Origin: a virus
Direction: 5' to 3' (one strand)
Virus record (IMG/VR): IMGVR_UViG_3300028920_000052
Location: 33,596-97,595 of that record
DNA: 64,000 bases
This document shows, piece after piece, positions 16,834 through 26,934 of the stretch. Each line of letters starts with the position of its first letter. Position 1 is the first letter of the stretch. The position numbers were made by a program, and so were the translations under genes. A model generated the notes under the pieces. It did no database searches. It saw nothing but the letters and a program-made list of their open reading frames with translations, and was not told the origin of the DNA.

Positions 16834-16865
16834 CTTACCAATTAGTAACTTAAACATTAAAAATT

Positions 16866-17183
16866 ATGGCAGAACAAGAGCAAGCACCGAGAGTATTAAC
16901 TCAAAAAGAATTAAATGAGAGAAGGAAAGAAATTAATAGACGTAAAAAAGAGATGAAAGAAGAAGTTGAACTATTAAAGTTAGAATATGACTTTATGCAA
17001 CTTAATATGATACTTCCTGAAAAGAGGTTAGAATATATGGAGTTTCTGAAAGAAAGGCAGAAAGCTATGAAACAACCTGACAAAAAGACTGAAAACCCTT
17101 TAAAAGGCTCTAAAGAAAAAGTAGATTTAAGTGTTGGCACAAAGATTGAAGAAACTTCAGAAGTTGAACTTAAAAAAGAATAG
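16866..17183 (+). CDS. coiled-coil hypothetical protein
   Basis: 105 aa, charged helical. Confidence 0.7.
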   Translation: MAEQEQAPRVLTQKELNERRKEINRRKKEMKEEVELLKLEYDFMQLNMILPEKRLEYMEFLKERQKAMKQPDKKTENPLKGSKEKVDLSVGTKIEETSEVELKKE

Positions 17184-17185
17184 TT

Positions 17186-17434
17186 ATGAAATATTATGTA
17201 AATGGGTATCTTGTATATTCAGATGACAGTGAATATCAGTGGGTAGATACATCAAAATATGATGTAGTAGAGAAGAAAGAAGCTAAGATTGAAAGATTGG
17301 AGCAAGAAGTTAAGGACAAAACAGAGCAGATGGATTCTTGCAGAAAATCTGCAGAGAAGTACATTAGATCAGAATTAAACTTAGATAAAGAGATTAAAGA
17401 ACTTCAAAAAGATTTGAGTGAGTTAAAAGGTTGA
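17186..17434 (+). CDS. coiled-coil hypothetical protein
   Basis: 82 aa, heptad-rich C-terminus. Confidence 0.7.
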   Translation: MKYYVNGYLVYSDDSEYQWVDTSKYDVVEKKEAKIERLEQEVKDKTEQMDSCRKSAEKYIRSELNLDKEIKELQKDLSELKG

Positions 17435-17460
17435 TAGTTGGTATGTTAGTTAGTTGAGTG

Positions 17461-17501
17461 AGGCCCTAAGTAAATTATTTTTTGCTTAGGGCTTGTTTTT
17501 T
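17461..17501 (+). terminator. intrinsic terminator
   Basis: AGGCCCTAAGTAAA...TTTGCTTAGGGCTT then GTTTTTT. Confidence 0.8.
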
Positions 17502-17523
17502 ATTAAAACATTTTATATATTTG
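17492..17523 (+). promoter_or_regulatory. Bacteroidota sigma-A type promoter overlapping the terminator
   Basis: CTTG-N20-TATATTTG. Confidence 0.7.
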
Positions 17524-17546
17524 ACAAGAATTTAAAAGCAAAGACA

Positions 17547-17906
17547 ATGGAACTGACAGCAAATGTAACAAAAGAGCAAAAGTTTATGTGGATTGTGGAG
17601 GTATTAGGTAGTGTAACTACCCCTTTTAACCTTCTTAGATTAAAAGAAAGACAGGTGTTAGCACAGTTATATTATCATAATACACTACACAATGATGTAC
17701 CAAAAGAATATAGAGATAAAATTACTTTTGATAAAGAAACTAAGCAATTGATATGTGACAGACTTAATATTACTATGGAAAATTTGTATAATATCATGGT
17801 AGTACTTCGTAAAAAGAAACTCTTACAAAAAGAACCTGTAGGGTTTAATCCTAAATTTATTATTGAAGATACAAACAATTTAACATTAAATTTTAATGAA
17901 GGTTGA
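17547..17906 (+). CDS. winged-HTH (RepL-like) DNA-binding protein
   Basis: ICDRLNITMENLYNIMVVLRKKKLL...NPKF pattern; likely ATG at 17547. Confidence 0.6.
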   Translation: MELTANVTKEQKFMWIVEVLGSVTTPFNLLRLKERQVLAQLYYHNTLHNDVPKEYRDKITFDKETKQLICDRLNITMENLYNIMVVLRKKKLLQKEPVGFNPKFIIEDTNNLTLNFNEG

Positions 17907-18144
17907 TAAAAGTTTAACTGGGTTATTTATTGATTTAGTAATGACTCATTATGGCTTTATAGAGCATTTTAAAGATAACAACAAGTATATATATAAAGGT
18001 AACAGCATTCTTTACAAGAAGAATGAAGATATATACTCACTTAATTACACACTAACTAATACAACAGAAGATAATGAATACAGAGAAAATTACAGAACTG
18101 ATACAGTTTTTAACCAAGAACCCAGGTTACTTAAAACGTGGTAA
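17896..18144 (+). CDS. hypothetical protein
   Basis: 82 aa, overlaps both neighbours. Confidence 0.5.
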   Translation: MKVDKSLTGLFIDLVMTHYGFIEHFKDNNKYIYKGNSILYKKNEDIYSLNYTLTNTTEDNEYRENYRTDTVFNQEPRLLKTW

Positions 18145-19396
18145 AGAGAATTTAGCAGCATTATTAGACAGTACTACAGACGAGGTACAAGAAGCAAAAG
18201 ATATAGTTAATGGTAAAAAATTAGATTGGGCTACTAATGAAAAAATTGGAATAGGTTGTCCTCCGCCACCTTATAATATATCAATAGGAAGCACGGGTAT
18301 TGGAGTAGAATGCCCTGAGGGTATACTAGACTTATCATCAAAACTACATAACGATTTAAACAATAAAAATGAATCAGAGATAAAAGAATTCTCTCAGCAT
18401 TTAGAAAAATTAGGATTAAAAGAAGAAGATGTTAAATCTGTTAAATTCTGGCAAACTCAGGGTGGAGATATAAGATACAGTATAGTAACAAAAAATGATG
18501 GGTTAGAATTACCTTCCTTAGAAGATGTAACCAAAGAGTTAGTTACTAAAATAGAACCTACTCAACTTCCTAAAGTTAAAGAAACAACTGGTGATATCTT
18601 GGTTGTATTCCTCTCAGATAAACATATAGGAGCATTAACAAAACCAGAAGCAATGTATGATAATCCTTACAATGAAGAAGAACTACAAAATAGATTAATT
18701 AAAGTAGTATCTGAAATTGCTAATACTTATACAAATAGAAGTGAATTTGCTTTTGAAGAAATAGTATTAATAGACTTAGGAGATGCATTAGATGGGTATA
18801 ATGCACAAACAACCAGGGGAGGACATACATTACCACAAAATATGACAAATAAAGAAGCCTTTGAAGTATTTATCAGACTTCACAAGGCTTTTTATAATGC
18901 ATTATTTCTAAGTGGATTTGCTAAGTCTTATTCAGTATATCATGTGTCAAATAGTAATCATGGTGGAGAATTTGAACATTTTGCCACAAGGTGTCTACAA
19001 GAATATTTAACCTGTTCATATCCAGAAGTAAAATTTGAACTTTTAGATAAATTTATCACTCCAATAAGTATTAGTAATCATACGTATCTTCTATCACATG
19101 GTAAGGATACAGAAGATATGAAGCAGGGATTACCTTTGTGTTTAGATGCTAAAACTGAAAATTACATTAAAGATTATGTGCTAGAGAAAGGAATTTCTAC
19201 TAAAAATCTTCATTTTGTAAAAGGAGATTTGCATCAAGCTGGTACACAATGGGGCAAGCATTTTAGATATAGAAATGTACCTAGTATGTATGGCAGTTCT
19301 AAATGGATTATGACTAATTTTGGATTAACTAAACCAGGATGTAGTTTTGACTTGATAGAAGGAAATAGTATTAAGCAGTGGGAATTGTGGTTTTAA
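18074..19396 (+). CDS. calcineurin-like metallophosphoesterase
   Basis: SDKH, DLGDALDG, SNH, SHG, GDLH motifs. Confidence 0.85.
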   Translation: MNTEKITELIQFLTKNPGYLKRGKENLAALLDSTTDEVQEAKDIVNGKKLDWATNEKIGIGCPPPPYNISIGSTGIGVECPEGILDLSSKLHNDLNNKNESEIKEFSQHLEKLGLKEEDVKSVKFWQTQGGDIRYSIVTKNDGLELPSLEDVTKELVTKIEPTQLPKVKETTGDILVVFLSDKHIGALTKPEAMYDNPYNEEELQNRLIKVVSEIANTYTNRSEFAFEEIVLIDLGDALDGYNAQTTRGGHTLPQNMTNKEAFEVFIRLHKAFYNALFLSGFAKSYSVYHVSNSNHGGEFEHFATRCLQEYLTCSYPEVKFELLDKFITPISISNHTYLLSHGKDTEDMKQGLPLCLDAKTENYIKDYVLEKGISTKNLHFVKGDLHQAGTQWGKHFRYRNVPSMYGSSKWIMTNFGLTKPGCSFDLIEGNSIKQWELWF

Positions 19397-19408
19397 AAAC
19401 AAAGGATT

Positions 19409-19591
19409 ATGAAAGAGATATACTGCATATCATGTGAAATAAAAGGTAAAAAGAAAAGGAGGAAAGGAGTGATACCTGTAAAAGATCCTACCACAGGAGA
19501 AATTAACTATATGTGTGAAGAATGTTTTGATGAATGGCAACAGTTAAAATTAATAGCAGAATACAATGGAAATACTTACACAGAGGATTAA
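19409..19591 (+). CDS. small Zn-ribbon protein
   Basis: CISC...CEEC. Confidence 0.7.
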   Translation: MKEIYCISCEIKGKKKRRKGVIPVKDPTTGEINYMCEECFDEWQQLKLIAEYNGNTYTED

Positions 19592-19821
19592 CACTATCAG
19601 TATAAATCTTATTCAAGATATTGATGATGATATAGATGATATCACTCCATTTGCAAGTTCTTTGCCTAAACTTAAAAAAAATTATTAATGAGGCAGGATA
19701 TAAAAATAAGTTTACTAAAACAGAGAGAGAATTTTGGAATGAAATATTTGATACATTTATAACTGAAGATGCTCCTGAAGGAACAGTTTATATTCCAGGA
19801 GATAAAGTTTCTGTAGAATAA
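19566..19821 (+). pseudogene. hypothetical protein split by a frameshift at an A8 run
   Basis: MEILTQ...LPKLKK in one frame continues as IINEAGY...KVSVE in the +1 frame at A8 (19674-19681). Confidence 0.5.
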
Positions 19822-20096
19822 TGAAACATTTACAGACAAGAGGAGTAATAAGAGAGTTGGCTCTAAAACATGGTATAAGTATTAAACAGTTGGAGAATAT
19901 AGTTGGAATATTCTCAGAATTTATACAGCTTAAGATAAAAGAAGATGTAGACAAAGTTAATGGTAAGTATCCAGTCTTTTATGTTAAAGGACTTGGTACT
20001 TTCCATGTTAAAGATTCAGTAAAAGAAGCAGTAATGAGAGCATATAAAAGAAAACAAGAACAACAAGATGAATCTATTCCAATTCAACAAGAGTAG
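19821..20096 (+). CDS. HU/IHF-like DNA-binding protein
   Basis: IRELALKHGIS helices and FYVKGLGTFHVK strand. Confidence 0.8.
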   Translation: MKHLQTRGVIRELALKHGISIKQLENIVGIFSEFIQLKIKEDVDKVNGKYPVFYVKGLGTFHVKDSVKEAVMRAYKRKQEQQDESIPIQQE

Positions 20097-20637
20097 TTTT
20101 GAGGTAGAAATATCTCCAGAAGTATTAACTATTGACAAGTTTAAAACTATTGTTAATAGGGATAAAAATAAAAATAAAAGTAAAGCCATAAAGGAGTTAT
20201 CTTTAATATATCTATATGTAGATGTTAGATCTGACTATATGTATATAACAGATGAAGAACAGAGGCTAGAAGAGATTAAACATGACTTAGATTTACCTAA
20301 AGATTGGAAGATAGATAAAACATTAGAAGAAGCTATAAATTTATACAAAGAGAGGTCAATTACTGTAAATTCTGCTTTATACAAAGGAGCATTAGTAGCA
20401 GCAAATGCTGTTAATGAAGTTTGTATGAAGGCTAAGGAACATATTAAAAATGCAGAAGACCCTATTACAGCAGCCCAGAAAATAACAGGTATTTTAGAAA
20501 AGATACCTAAAGCAATGGCTAACTTATCTGCAGCATATCAAGAATTAATTAAAGAACAGAGAATAACAGAAGGTAGAAGTAAGGGAAGTAGAGTATTCAA
20601 CATGTACGAGGACGGACTAGATGATAAAGATGAATAA
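20068..20637 (+). CDS. conserved crAss-like protein upstream of TerL (possible small terminase subunit)
   Basis: position and helical composition; function inferred. Confidence 0.55.
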   Translation: MNLFQFNKSSFEVEISPEVLTIDKFKTIVNRDKNKNKSKAIKELSLIYLYVDVRSDYMYITDEEQRLEEIKHDLDLPKDWKIDKTLEEAINLYKERSITVNSALYKGALVAANAVNEVCMKAKEHIKNAEDPITAAQKITGILEKIPKAMANLSAAYQELIKEQRITEGRSKGSRVFNMYEDGLDDKDE

Positions 20638-22930
20638 ATATCAAACAGTATTTACAGAAGAAGATTTTAAAAATTTGCCTAGAGAGATACGTAGTGAATA
20701 CTATGAAGCTCTTTCTACCATAAAATTTGTTAAATGGTTAATAGAACCAGAAGAGGTTAGAGGATTTGCTAAGAATAGAAAAAGGTGGGATAACCCTAAT
20801 GATTTAGAATATAGAAAAGAAGATCCCAATGGTAGAATTTGGGTGGATTTATCAAAGCCTCATATTTTAGAAGACTTAGATTTTTTTAGAGAAAGGGCTT
20901 TATTTTTTAACAAATATAAAAAATACACAGGTATTCCTCCTAATCCAAATCCTAAATCTGCATATGCTGCATTTTGGAGAGAGGAACTAAGAAGATGGAG
21001 GTATGGACTTGTTAGACCCTCTGATGGAGAATGGATACCTGGAGGATTATACTTTTATTGGAACTATTCTCCTATATGGTTAACAAAGAGTGATGACAAA
21101 GCAAAAAGAAAAGGTAAGAGCAGGGGAACAAGAATAAGAGCTTTTCCTCATCCTTGGTTAGGAGATTATTTATTCTATCATTATAAAGAACAAGCTAGAG
21201 ATAATGGACAGCATGGAAAAGTACTTAAAGCTAGAGGTATGGGTATTAGTTTTAAGATGGGTTCAGAATCTCCACGTAATATGTATGTTTATCCAGGATC
21301 AGGTAATCCAAACTTCCATTTAGCTTCTGATAAGACTTTTCTTACAGGGGATAAAGGTGTATTTGGTAAAGCTATAGATACTTTAGACTGGGTAGCTGAG
21401 CATACGCCATTGCCTAAATTAAGATTAACTGACAGTAAGCAGAAGATGGAAATACAGTTAGGATATTTAGATGAATACGGTGGTAGGAAAGGGCTGCTTT
21501 CAAGTGTATATGGTATATCTTTAAAAGATAATCCAGATAAAGCTAGAGGTATTAGGGGACCTTTAATACATTATGAAGAAGATGGATTATTTCCTCATCT
21601 TGAAGATGCCTGGAATATAAATAGGAAAGCTGTTGAAGATGGAGATACTGTATATGGCATTATGCTTGCTTTAGGCACTGGAGGAGTTGAAGGTAGTGAT
21701 TTTGCTGGTTCTGAAAAGTTATTTTATAATCCAAGTGTATATAATATATATGGTATTCCAAATGTATTTGATAAAAATGCTAATGGAGAATCCCTGTGTG
21801 GATTTTTTTGGGGTTCCTATCTAAATAGAAATGGTTGTTATGATTTAAATACAGGAGAACCAGATGTTACTAAAGCAATCTTTGATATTCTACAGGATAG
21901 ATATCTTGTAAAAAAAGGTGCTGCAGATGCTAGAGCAATAACTCAGAAAAAAGCAGAAGAGCCTTTGACACCACAAGATAGCATAATGAGAGTAGAAGGT
22001 AGTATATTTCCCATATCAGATTTAAAAGATTGGTTGGCTGACATTACTCCTAACATACAACGATTTATATCTCCTCACTATGTAGGAACTCTTAATGTGA
22101 ATTCTTCTGGAGAAGTTGATATAAATGTTTCTGAAAATTGTTATCCTATAAGGGAATATCCTGCTATAGACAATAAATTAGGAGCTGTAGAAATATTTGA
22201 ACTTCCTAGTAAAGTTACTGATCCTTTTAGATATATTTTAGGTACGGATACGTATGATGATGATGATGTAAGTTATTCTGACTCATTAGGTAGTGTGTTT
22301 GTATTTGATAGATGGACTAGAAGAATAGTTGCTGAATATACAGGTAGACCACAAACAGCTAATGAATTTTATGAAATAGTGTATAGACTTGCCTTATTTT
22401 ATAATGGTACAATAATGTACGAGAATAATAAAAAAGGATTATATGCTTACTTTGCTAATGTTAAAAAGGCTTTACATTTATTAGCAGATACACCTAAAAT
22501 TATTACAGATAAACAAGTATTTAAAGCAAGAAGTGAGATGAGTAATACCTCTAAAGGTATTAATGCTACTACAGCTTTAAATGCTTATGGAAGAAGATTA
22601 CAAGCAGACTGGCAAGTTGAAGAAGCTTATGATGAAAGTAATAAAAATGTTGCAATGGATGAGGAAGCTGAGAAGCCTCCTTTTATACCTAATCTTCGTA
22701 AAATAAGAAGTATTGGATATATAAAAGAATGCATAGCGTGGAATTCTGATATAAATACTGACAGAGTTTCTGCTATGAACATGGTAATGATATATGATAT
22801 AGAACTTACTGAATATGGTACTAATAAATCTAGAGAAAGAGTAAAAACTTTAGCTGATGATCCTTTCTTTAATAGGTTTGGTAAGAATGTTGAAAAGACT
22901 TCTTTAGCAATGAAAGGTTGGAATATTTAA
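20621..22930 (+). CDS. terL: terminase large subunit
   Basis: Walker A-like KARGMGIS, Walker B IHYEEDG, GTGG, nuclease ILGTDTYD, MYENN, DRVSA. Confidence 0.92.
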   Translation: MIKMNKYQTVFTEEDFKNLPREIRSEYYEALSTIKFVKWLIEPEEVRGFAKNRKRWDNPNDLEYRKEDPNGRIWVDLSKPHILEDLDFFRERALFFNKYKKYTGIPPNPNPKSAYAAFWREELRRWRYGLVRPSDGEWIPGGLYFYWNYSPIWLTKSDDKAKRKGKSRGTRIRAFPHPWLGDYLFYHYKEQARDNGQHGKVLKARGMGISFKMGSESPRNMYVYPGSGNPNFHLASDKTFLTGDKGVFGKAIDTLDWVAEHTPLPKLRLTDSKQKMEIQLGYLDEYGGRKGLLSSVYGISLKDNPDKARGIRGPLIHYEEDGLFPHLEDAWNINRKAVEDGDTVYGIMLALGTGGVEGSDFAGSEKLFYNPSVYNIYGIPNVFDKNANGESLCGFFWGSYLNRNGCYDLNTGEPDVTKAIFDILQDRYLVKKGAADARAITQKKAEEPLTPQDSIMRVEGSIFPISDLKDWLADITPNIQRFISPHYVGTLNVNSSGEVDINVSENCYPIREYPAIDNKLGAVEIFELPSKVTDPFRYILGTDTYDDDDVSYSDSLGSVFVFDRWTRRIVAEYTGRPQTANEFYEIVYRLALFYNGTIMYENNKKGLYAYFANVKKALHLLADTPKIITDKQVFKARSEMSNTSKGINATTALNAYGRRLQADWQVEEAYDESNKNVAMDEEAEKPPFIPNLRKIRSIGYIKECIAWNSDINTDRVSAMNMVMIYDIELTEYGTNKSRERVKTLADDPFFNRFGKNVEKTSLAMKGWNI

Positions 22931-22984
22931 GTTATTATAAATGAAAAATAAAATTGGAGTGGTATATATATAAACTTAACTTTG
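22931..22984 (+). promoter_or_regulatory. promoter with upstream near-palindromic box, before portal
   Basis: GTTATTATAA at 22931; TTG(22954)-N20-TAACTTTG. Confidence 0.7.
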
Positions 22985-23003
22985 TAAATTAAAATACATA
23001 TCT

Positions 23004-25526
23004 ATGAGTACATTTGGGATTAACCCTACATATTTTCCAGCACAAAAGAAACTTGAGTCAGAAAAAACAGAAAAATGGTTTAAAGAGTGTATTGATGTTG
23101 GAGTTGGAGTATGTCAATGGGGACAAAATAGTGTTAGAACAGCAAATGTAAGATCATCTAGAAAGAACAAAATTTCTAATTATAATCTTATAAATGATAT
23201 AGTTGATCCTACTGAAGTTGAAAGAGTAGTCAATCCTTATAAAATTCAAAATGAGGATTTTCCAAATAATTACAAAAACTACCCTTTAATAAATCCAGCA
23301 ATAAATTTACTATCTGGAGAGGAAAGAAAAAGAATATTTACTCCTATGGTGTCTGTAATCAATAGTGATGCTGTTACTAGTAAGTTACAGCAAATTGATG
23401 AAAAGTTTACAGACTTTGCAATGCAGAAAATTACTGCTAAAGGATTTGATGAAGAGAAAATAAAACAAGAAATAGCTGATTTTGAGAAGTGGAGGAAGTA
23501 CACTTTTAAAGATAAGAAGGAGAGAATGGGTAATCAAGTACTTAAGTATTTGTATTATACTCAAGATCTAGCAGAGGAGTTTAGCAGAGGATTTGCAGAT
23601 ATGCTTATTGCTGCAGAAGAAATATATGTAATAGAGATTGTTGGTGGAGAACCTATAATGAGAAAAGGTAATCCTCTTAATTTCTATACTATGAGAAGTG
23701 GTAGTTCTTGGAAGATTGAAGATAGTGATGTTATTGTAGAAGATGTATTTATGCCTATAGGTAAGATAATTGATAGATACCACGACAGTCTTACTCCTAA
23801 TCAAATAAAATTTTTAGAGAATGGGCATCGTACACAAACTTCTTCTGGCTCAACTATGTTCTCTAATCAGATCACAACAGGTATAGATGTGAATTCTATT
23901 ATACCAGATGTTGAGCTGGTAGAAGATTGGAATAATATAGTAGGACAGTATAATGGAGCATTTGATCCTGAAGGTAATGTTAGGGTAACTAGAGTACTTT
24001 GGAGAGGAATGCGTAAGATAGGCTTTATTACTAACTATGATGAATTTGGAGAAATGGTAAAAGATATAGTTCCAGAACAATACAAACCTAATAAAGAAAT
24101 TGGAGAAGAAGTTAAATGGGAATGGATTAGTGAGTGGTATGAAGGTACTAGAATAGCTGGTGAAATAGATGTTAATACTCGTCCATGTGAAATTCAGATG
24201 AGGCATAGAGATAATCCTTCAATTTGTAGTCCTGGTATTGTAGGTACTGTATTTAATGTAAACAGCAATGTTGGTAGAAGTTTAGTAGATGAGGCAAAAG
24301 ATTTACAATTCCTATTCAATTTATTCATGTATAGATTAGAATTAGCCTTTACTAAATATAAAGGTAAGATAGGTAAATTGCCTTTACACCTTATTCCAGA
24401 TGGCTGGACTATTGATAAATGGCTATATTATGCAGAATACTTAGGGTGGGCTGTAGTTGATGCTTTTAATGAATCACAGAAAGCCGCATTTAGAGGTAAA
24501 CCTGCAGGACTAATGAATGAGAGTTCTCCAGTAATAGATCTTGAAATGGGTAACTATATACAGAACCATTTGATAATGCTAGATTTTATTGAGAAAAGGT
24601 TAGATAATCTTACAGGAATAACTCCTCAACGTAAAGGTGCTATAGATAATAGAGAGACTGTAGGCGGAGTAGAAAGATCTGTTATGCAATCTAGCCATAT
24701 TACTGAGAAGTGGTTTAGTGTACATGATAATACTAGGAAACGTGCGTTAAGAGCATTACTTGAAGCAGCTAAAATAGCTTGGAAAGATAAATCTTTTGTT
24801 AAAGAATTTGTATTAGATACAGGAACTAGAGAAATATTAGAGTTTGAATACAATGAGTTTATAGAAGCTACTTATGGTGTAGATGTTACTAACAGTTCTA
24901 ATGATATGCAAACACTGCAAGCACTTAGATCTTTAGGTGAAAGGTTCTTACAGAATAATGGCTCATTATCTATTGTAGCTGAACTTTACAGAACTGGTAA
25001 TGTTGGAGATATGCAACGTAAGATTGAAACTTATGAAGAAAACTTACAAAAAGCTGAGCAAGAAAGAATCCAACAAGAACAGCAGTTACAACAGCAACAG
25101 ATACAGGCTGCTCAAGAAACTGAAGCTCAAAGAGTACAAATGCAGCATGACTTAGAGATTGAGAAGCTGGATAGAGAAGATATGAATAAACAACTTGATA
25201 GAGAAAATAAAATATATCTAGAAGAGATTAAGGCTATGTCATATGATCCAGAAAAAGATGTTGATAATGATGGTATTCCAGATGTTTTAGAACAGGGTAA
25301 ATTAGCTTTAGAAAATACTAGAGTTTCTTTTGAACACGGTATTAAAGAAAAGGAGTTAACTTCTAAGCAAGATCTAGAAAGAAAGAAGATTGCTTTGGAA
25401 GAGAGAAAGTTAGAAGCAGCTAAAGAATTACAGAAACAAAAAGATAAAGCTGCTATGGAAAGAGAGCAATTAAAAGCTAAAACTGCTCTTAAAAATAAAG
25501 TTGCAGGAGAAAGTAAAAGAAAATAA
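23004..25526 (+). CDS. portal protein
   Basis: 840 aa after TerL; FPAQK, NYPLINPAINLLSGEE, GITPQRKG...ETVGGVERS, long coiled-coil C-terminus typical of crAss-like portals. Confidence 0.9.
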   Translation: MSTFGINPTYFPAQKKLESEKTEKWFKECIDVGVGVCQWGQNSVRTANVRSSRKNKISNYNLINDIVDPTEVERVVNPYKIQNEDFPNNYKNYPLINPAINLLSGEERKRIFTPMVSVINSDAVTSKLQQIDEKFTDFAMQKITAKGFDEEKIKQEIADFEKWRKYTFKDKKERMGNQVLKYLYYTQDLAEEFSRGFADMLIAAEEIYVIEIVGGEPIMRKGNPLNFYTMRSGSSWKIEDSDVIVEDVFMPIGKIIDRYHDSLTPNQIKFLENGHRTQTSSGSTMFSNQITTGIDVNSIIPDVELVEDWNNIVGQYNGAFDPEGNVRVTRVLWRGMRKIGFITNYDEFGEMVKDIVPEQYKPNKEIGEEVKWEWISEWYEGTRIAGEIDVNTRPCEIQMRHRDNPSICSPGIVGTVFNVNSNVGRSLVDEAKDLQFLFNLFMYRLELAFTKYKGKIGKLPLHLIPDGWTIDKWLYYAEYLGWAVVDAFNESQKAAFRGKPAGLMNESSPVIDLEMGNYIQNHLIMLDFIEKRLDNLTGITPQRKGAIDNRETVGGVERSVMQSSHITEKWFSVHDNTRKRALRALLEAAKIAWKDKSFVKEFVLDTGTREILEFEYNEFIEATYGVDVTNSSNDMQTLQALRSLGERFLQNNGSLSIVAELYRTGNVGDMQRKIETYEENLQKAEQERIQQEQQLQQQQIQAAQETEAQRVQMQHDLEIEKLDREDMNKQLDRENKIYLEEIKAMSYDPEKDVDNDGIPDVLEQGKLALENTRVSFEHGIKEKELTSKQDLERKKIALEERKLEAAKELQKQKDKAAMEREQLKAKTALKNKVAGESKRK

Positions 25527-25528
25527 TT

Positions 25529-26158
25529 ATGAGACCTTGGCTACAAATACCTACTAAAACTAGGATGGGATTGTTGAGGGAGTATAAGAAGATGGGGTAT
25601 TCTTATAATCAAGCTATTAATGATTTTGAAACTAGTTTACCTAAGTATGAAGAAGGAGGAGAAATAGAAAAACCTCAAACATCTGAAACTTTTTCTAATT
25701 TAGCACAAAATTTAGGTACTTATTTTTTGAATACTCCTCATACTGGTAGAATAAAAGCAACTTATTCCCCAACAGTAAGTATAAATAAAAATGCTGAGTA
25801 TTATACCTATCCTAATTTAAAAAATGATGTTTTAAAAGATTTAAAAAGTGATATAACTGTAGAAAATATAAATACACAGCAAAATAATTTTAAAATGCAA
25901 AAAGAAGAATATGCTCCACAGTACATAAAAAATAAAACATTTGAAGAATATTATAATTATTTAAACAATTCTCCTAAAAGTGGAAGACTTCAAGGTAGTT
26001 CTATAAACTTAGGTAAATATAAAGTTTCTGCAGGAAAAGATGAAAAAGGTAGATATATTTCTATATACGATAAATATGATTGGAACTTACTTGAACAGTT
26101 AGGGGTTAAAGGTAATTCTTGGGAGATATATGATAGAATATATGAAAATGAATTTTAA
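25529..26158 (+). CDS. putative virion cargo protein
   Basis: N-terminal helical segment ending PKYEEGG, a motif shared with 52889-54733. Confidence 0.55.
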   Translation: MRPWLQIPTKTRMGLLREYKKMGYSYNQAINDFETSLPKYEEGGEIEKPQTSETFSNLAQNLGTYFLNTPHTGRIKATYSPTVSINKNAEYYTYPNLKNDVLKDLKSDITVENINTQQNNFKMQKEEYAPQYIKNKTFEEYYNYLNNSPKSGRLQGSSINLGKYKVSAGKDEKGRYISIYDKYDWNLLEQLGVKGNSWEIYDRIYENEF

Positions 26159-26165
26159 ATAGCCT

Positions 26166-26360
26166 ATGTGGATATCTTTACAAAATGGGCCTGTTAATTT
26201 TGATTTGATATTGAGATATTATATAGAAGGTAAAGTACTTACCTTAGTGACAATAAATAAAGACTATGTTCCTTTCTTTTATGCATCTGAAGAGAAAGTA
26301 AAAAGAGTTAAAACATTTTTAGACAAAACTTTAAATTATATAAATGATGAAGAGAATTAG
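26166..26360 (+). CDS. hypothetical protein
   Basis: 64 aa ORF. Confidence 0.6.
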   Translation: MWISLQNGPVNFDLILRYYIEGKVLTLVTINKDYVPFFYASEEKVKRVKTFLDKTLNYINDEEN

Positions 26361-26841
26361 TGATAAGATACACATGGCTTTGAAGGCTCAGTTAAAAAAT
26401 GAGTTGGATAGTTCAAGGTTATATCTTGCTATGAGTCAATGGTTAGAATTTAATGGCTGGTTTGGAGCAGCTAAACTGTGGAAAAAATATGCTGATGAAG
26501 AATTAGTACATGTAGATAGGTTTTACAAGTACATGCAAGATAGAAATGCTATGCCTTGTACACCTGTTGCAAAAGAACAGCCTACAGAATTCAAAGGAAT
26601 AAAAGAAATTGTTATTGCTAGTTATGAACATGAAGTACAAGTGAGTAATTGGATTAGAGATATAGCATTAGCAGCTTTAAATGAAAAAGATTTACATACC
26701 TATGACTTTATGATGGAGTTAATTAGAGAACAGACAGAAGAAGAAGCTAAAACTTTATATTGGGTAGATAGAGTAGAAATGTTAGAACAGCAAAATGTAT
26801 CCTTATTTTTCTTAGATAAGGAATTTAGTAAAGGGGCTTAA
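26344..26841 (+). CDS. ftnA: non-haem ferritin (FtnA-like)
   Basis: ferroxidase residues in NELDSSRLY, DEELVH, YEHE, EQTEEE. Confidence 0.88.
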   Translation: MMKRISDKIHMALKAQLKNELDSSRLYLAMSQWLEFNGWFGAAKLWKKYADEELVHVDRFYKYMQDRNAMPCTPVAKEQPTEFKGIKEIVIASYEHEVQVSNWIRDIALAALNEKDLHTYDFMMELIREQTEEEAKTLYWVDRVEMLEQQNVSLFFLDKEFSKGA

Positions 26842-26852
26842 CTAATCTTTAT

Positions 26853-26907
26853 GTTATTATAACAAAAATAAAAATTTGGTTAAGTCAATATAATCAAAGT
26901 ATATTTG
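26853..26907 (+). promoter_or_regulatory. promoter with upstream palindromic box, before scaffold/MCP operon
   Basis: GTTAT-T-ATAAC at 26853; TTTG(26875)-N21-TATATTTG. Confidence 0.75.
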
Positions 26908-26934
26908 TATAACCTGAATTTAAAAGACAATTTT

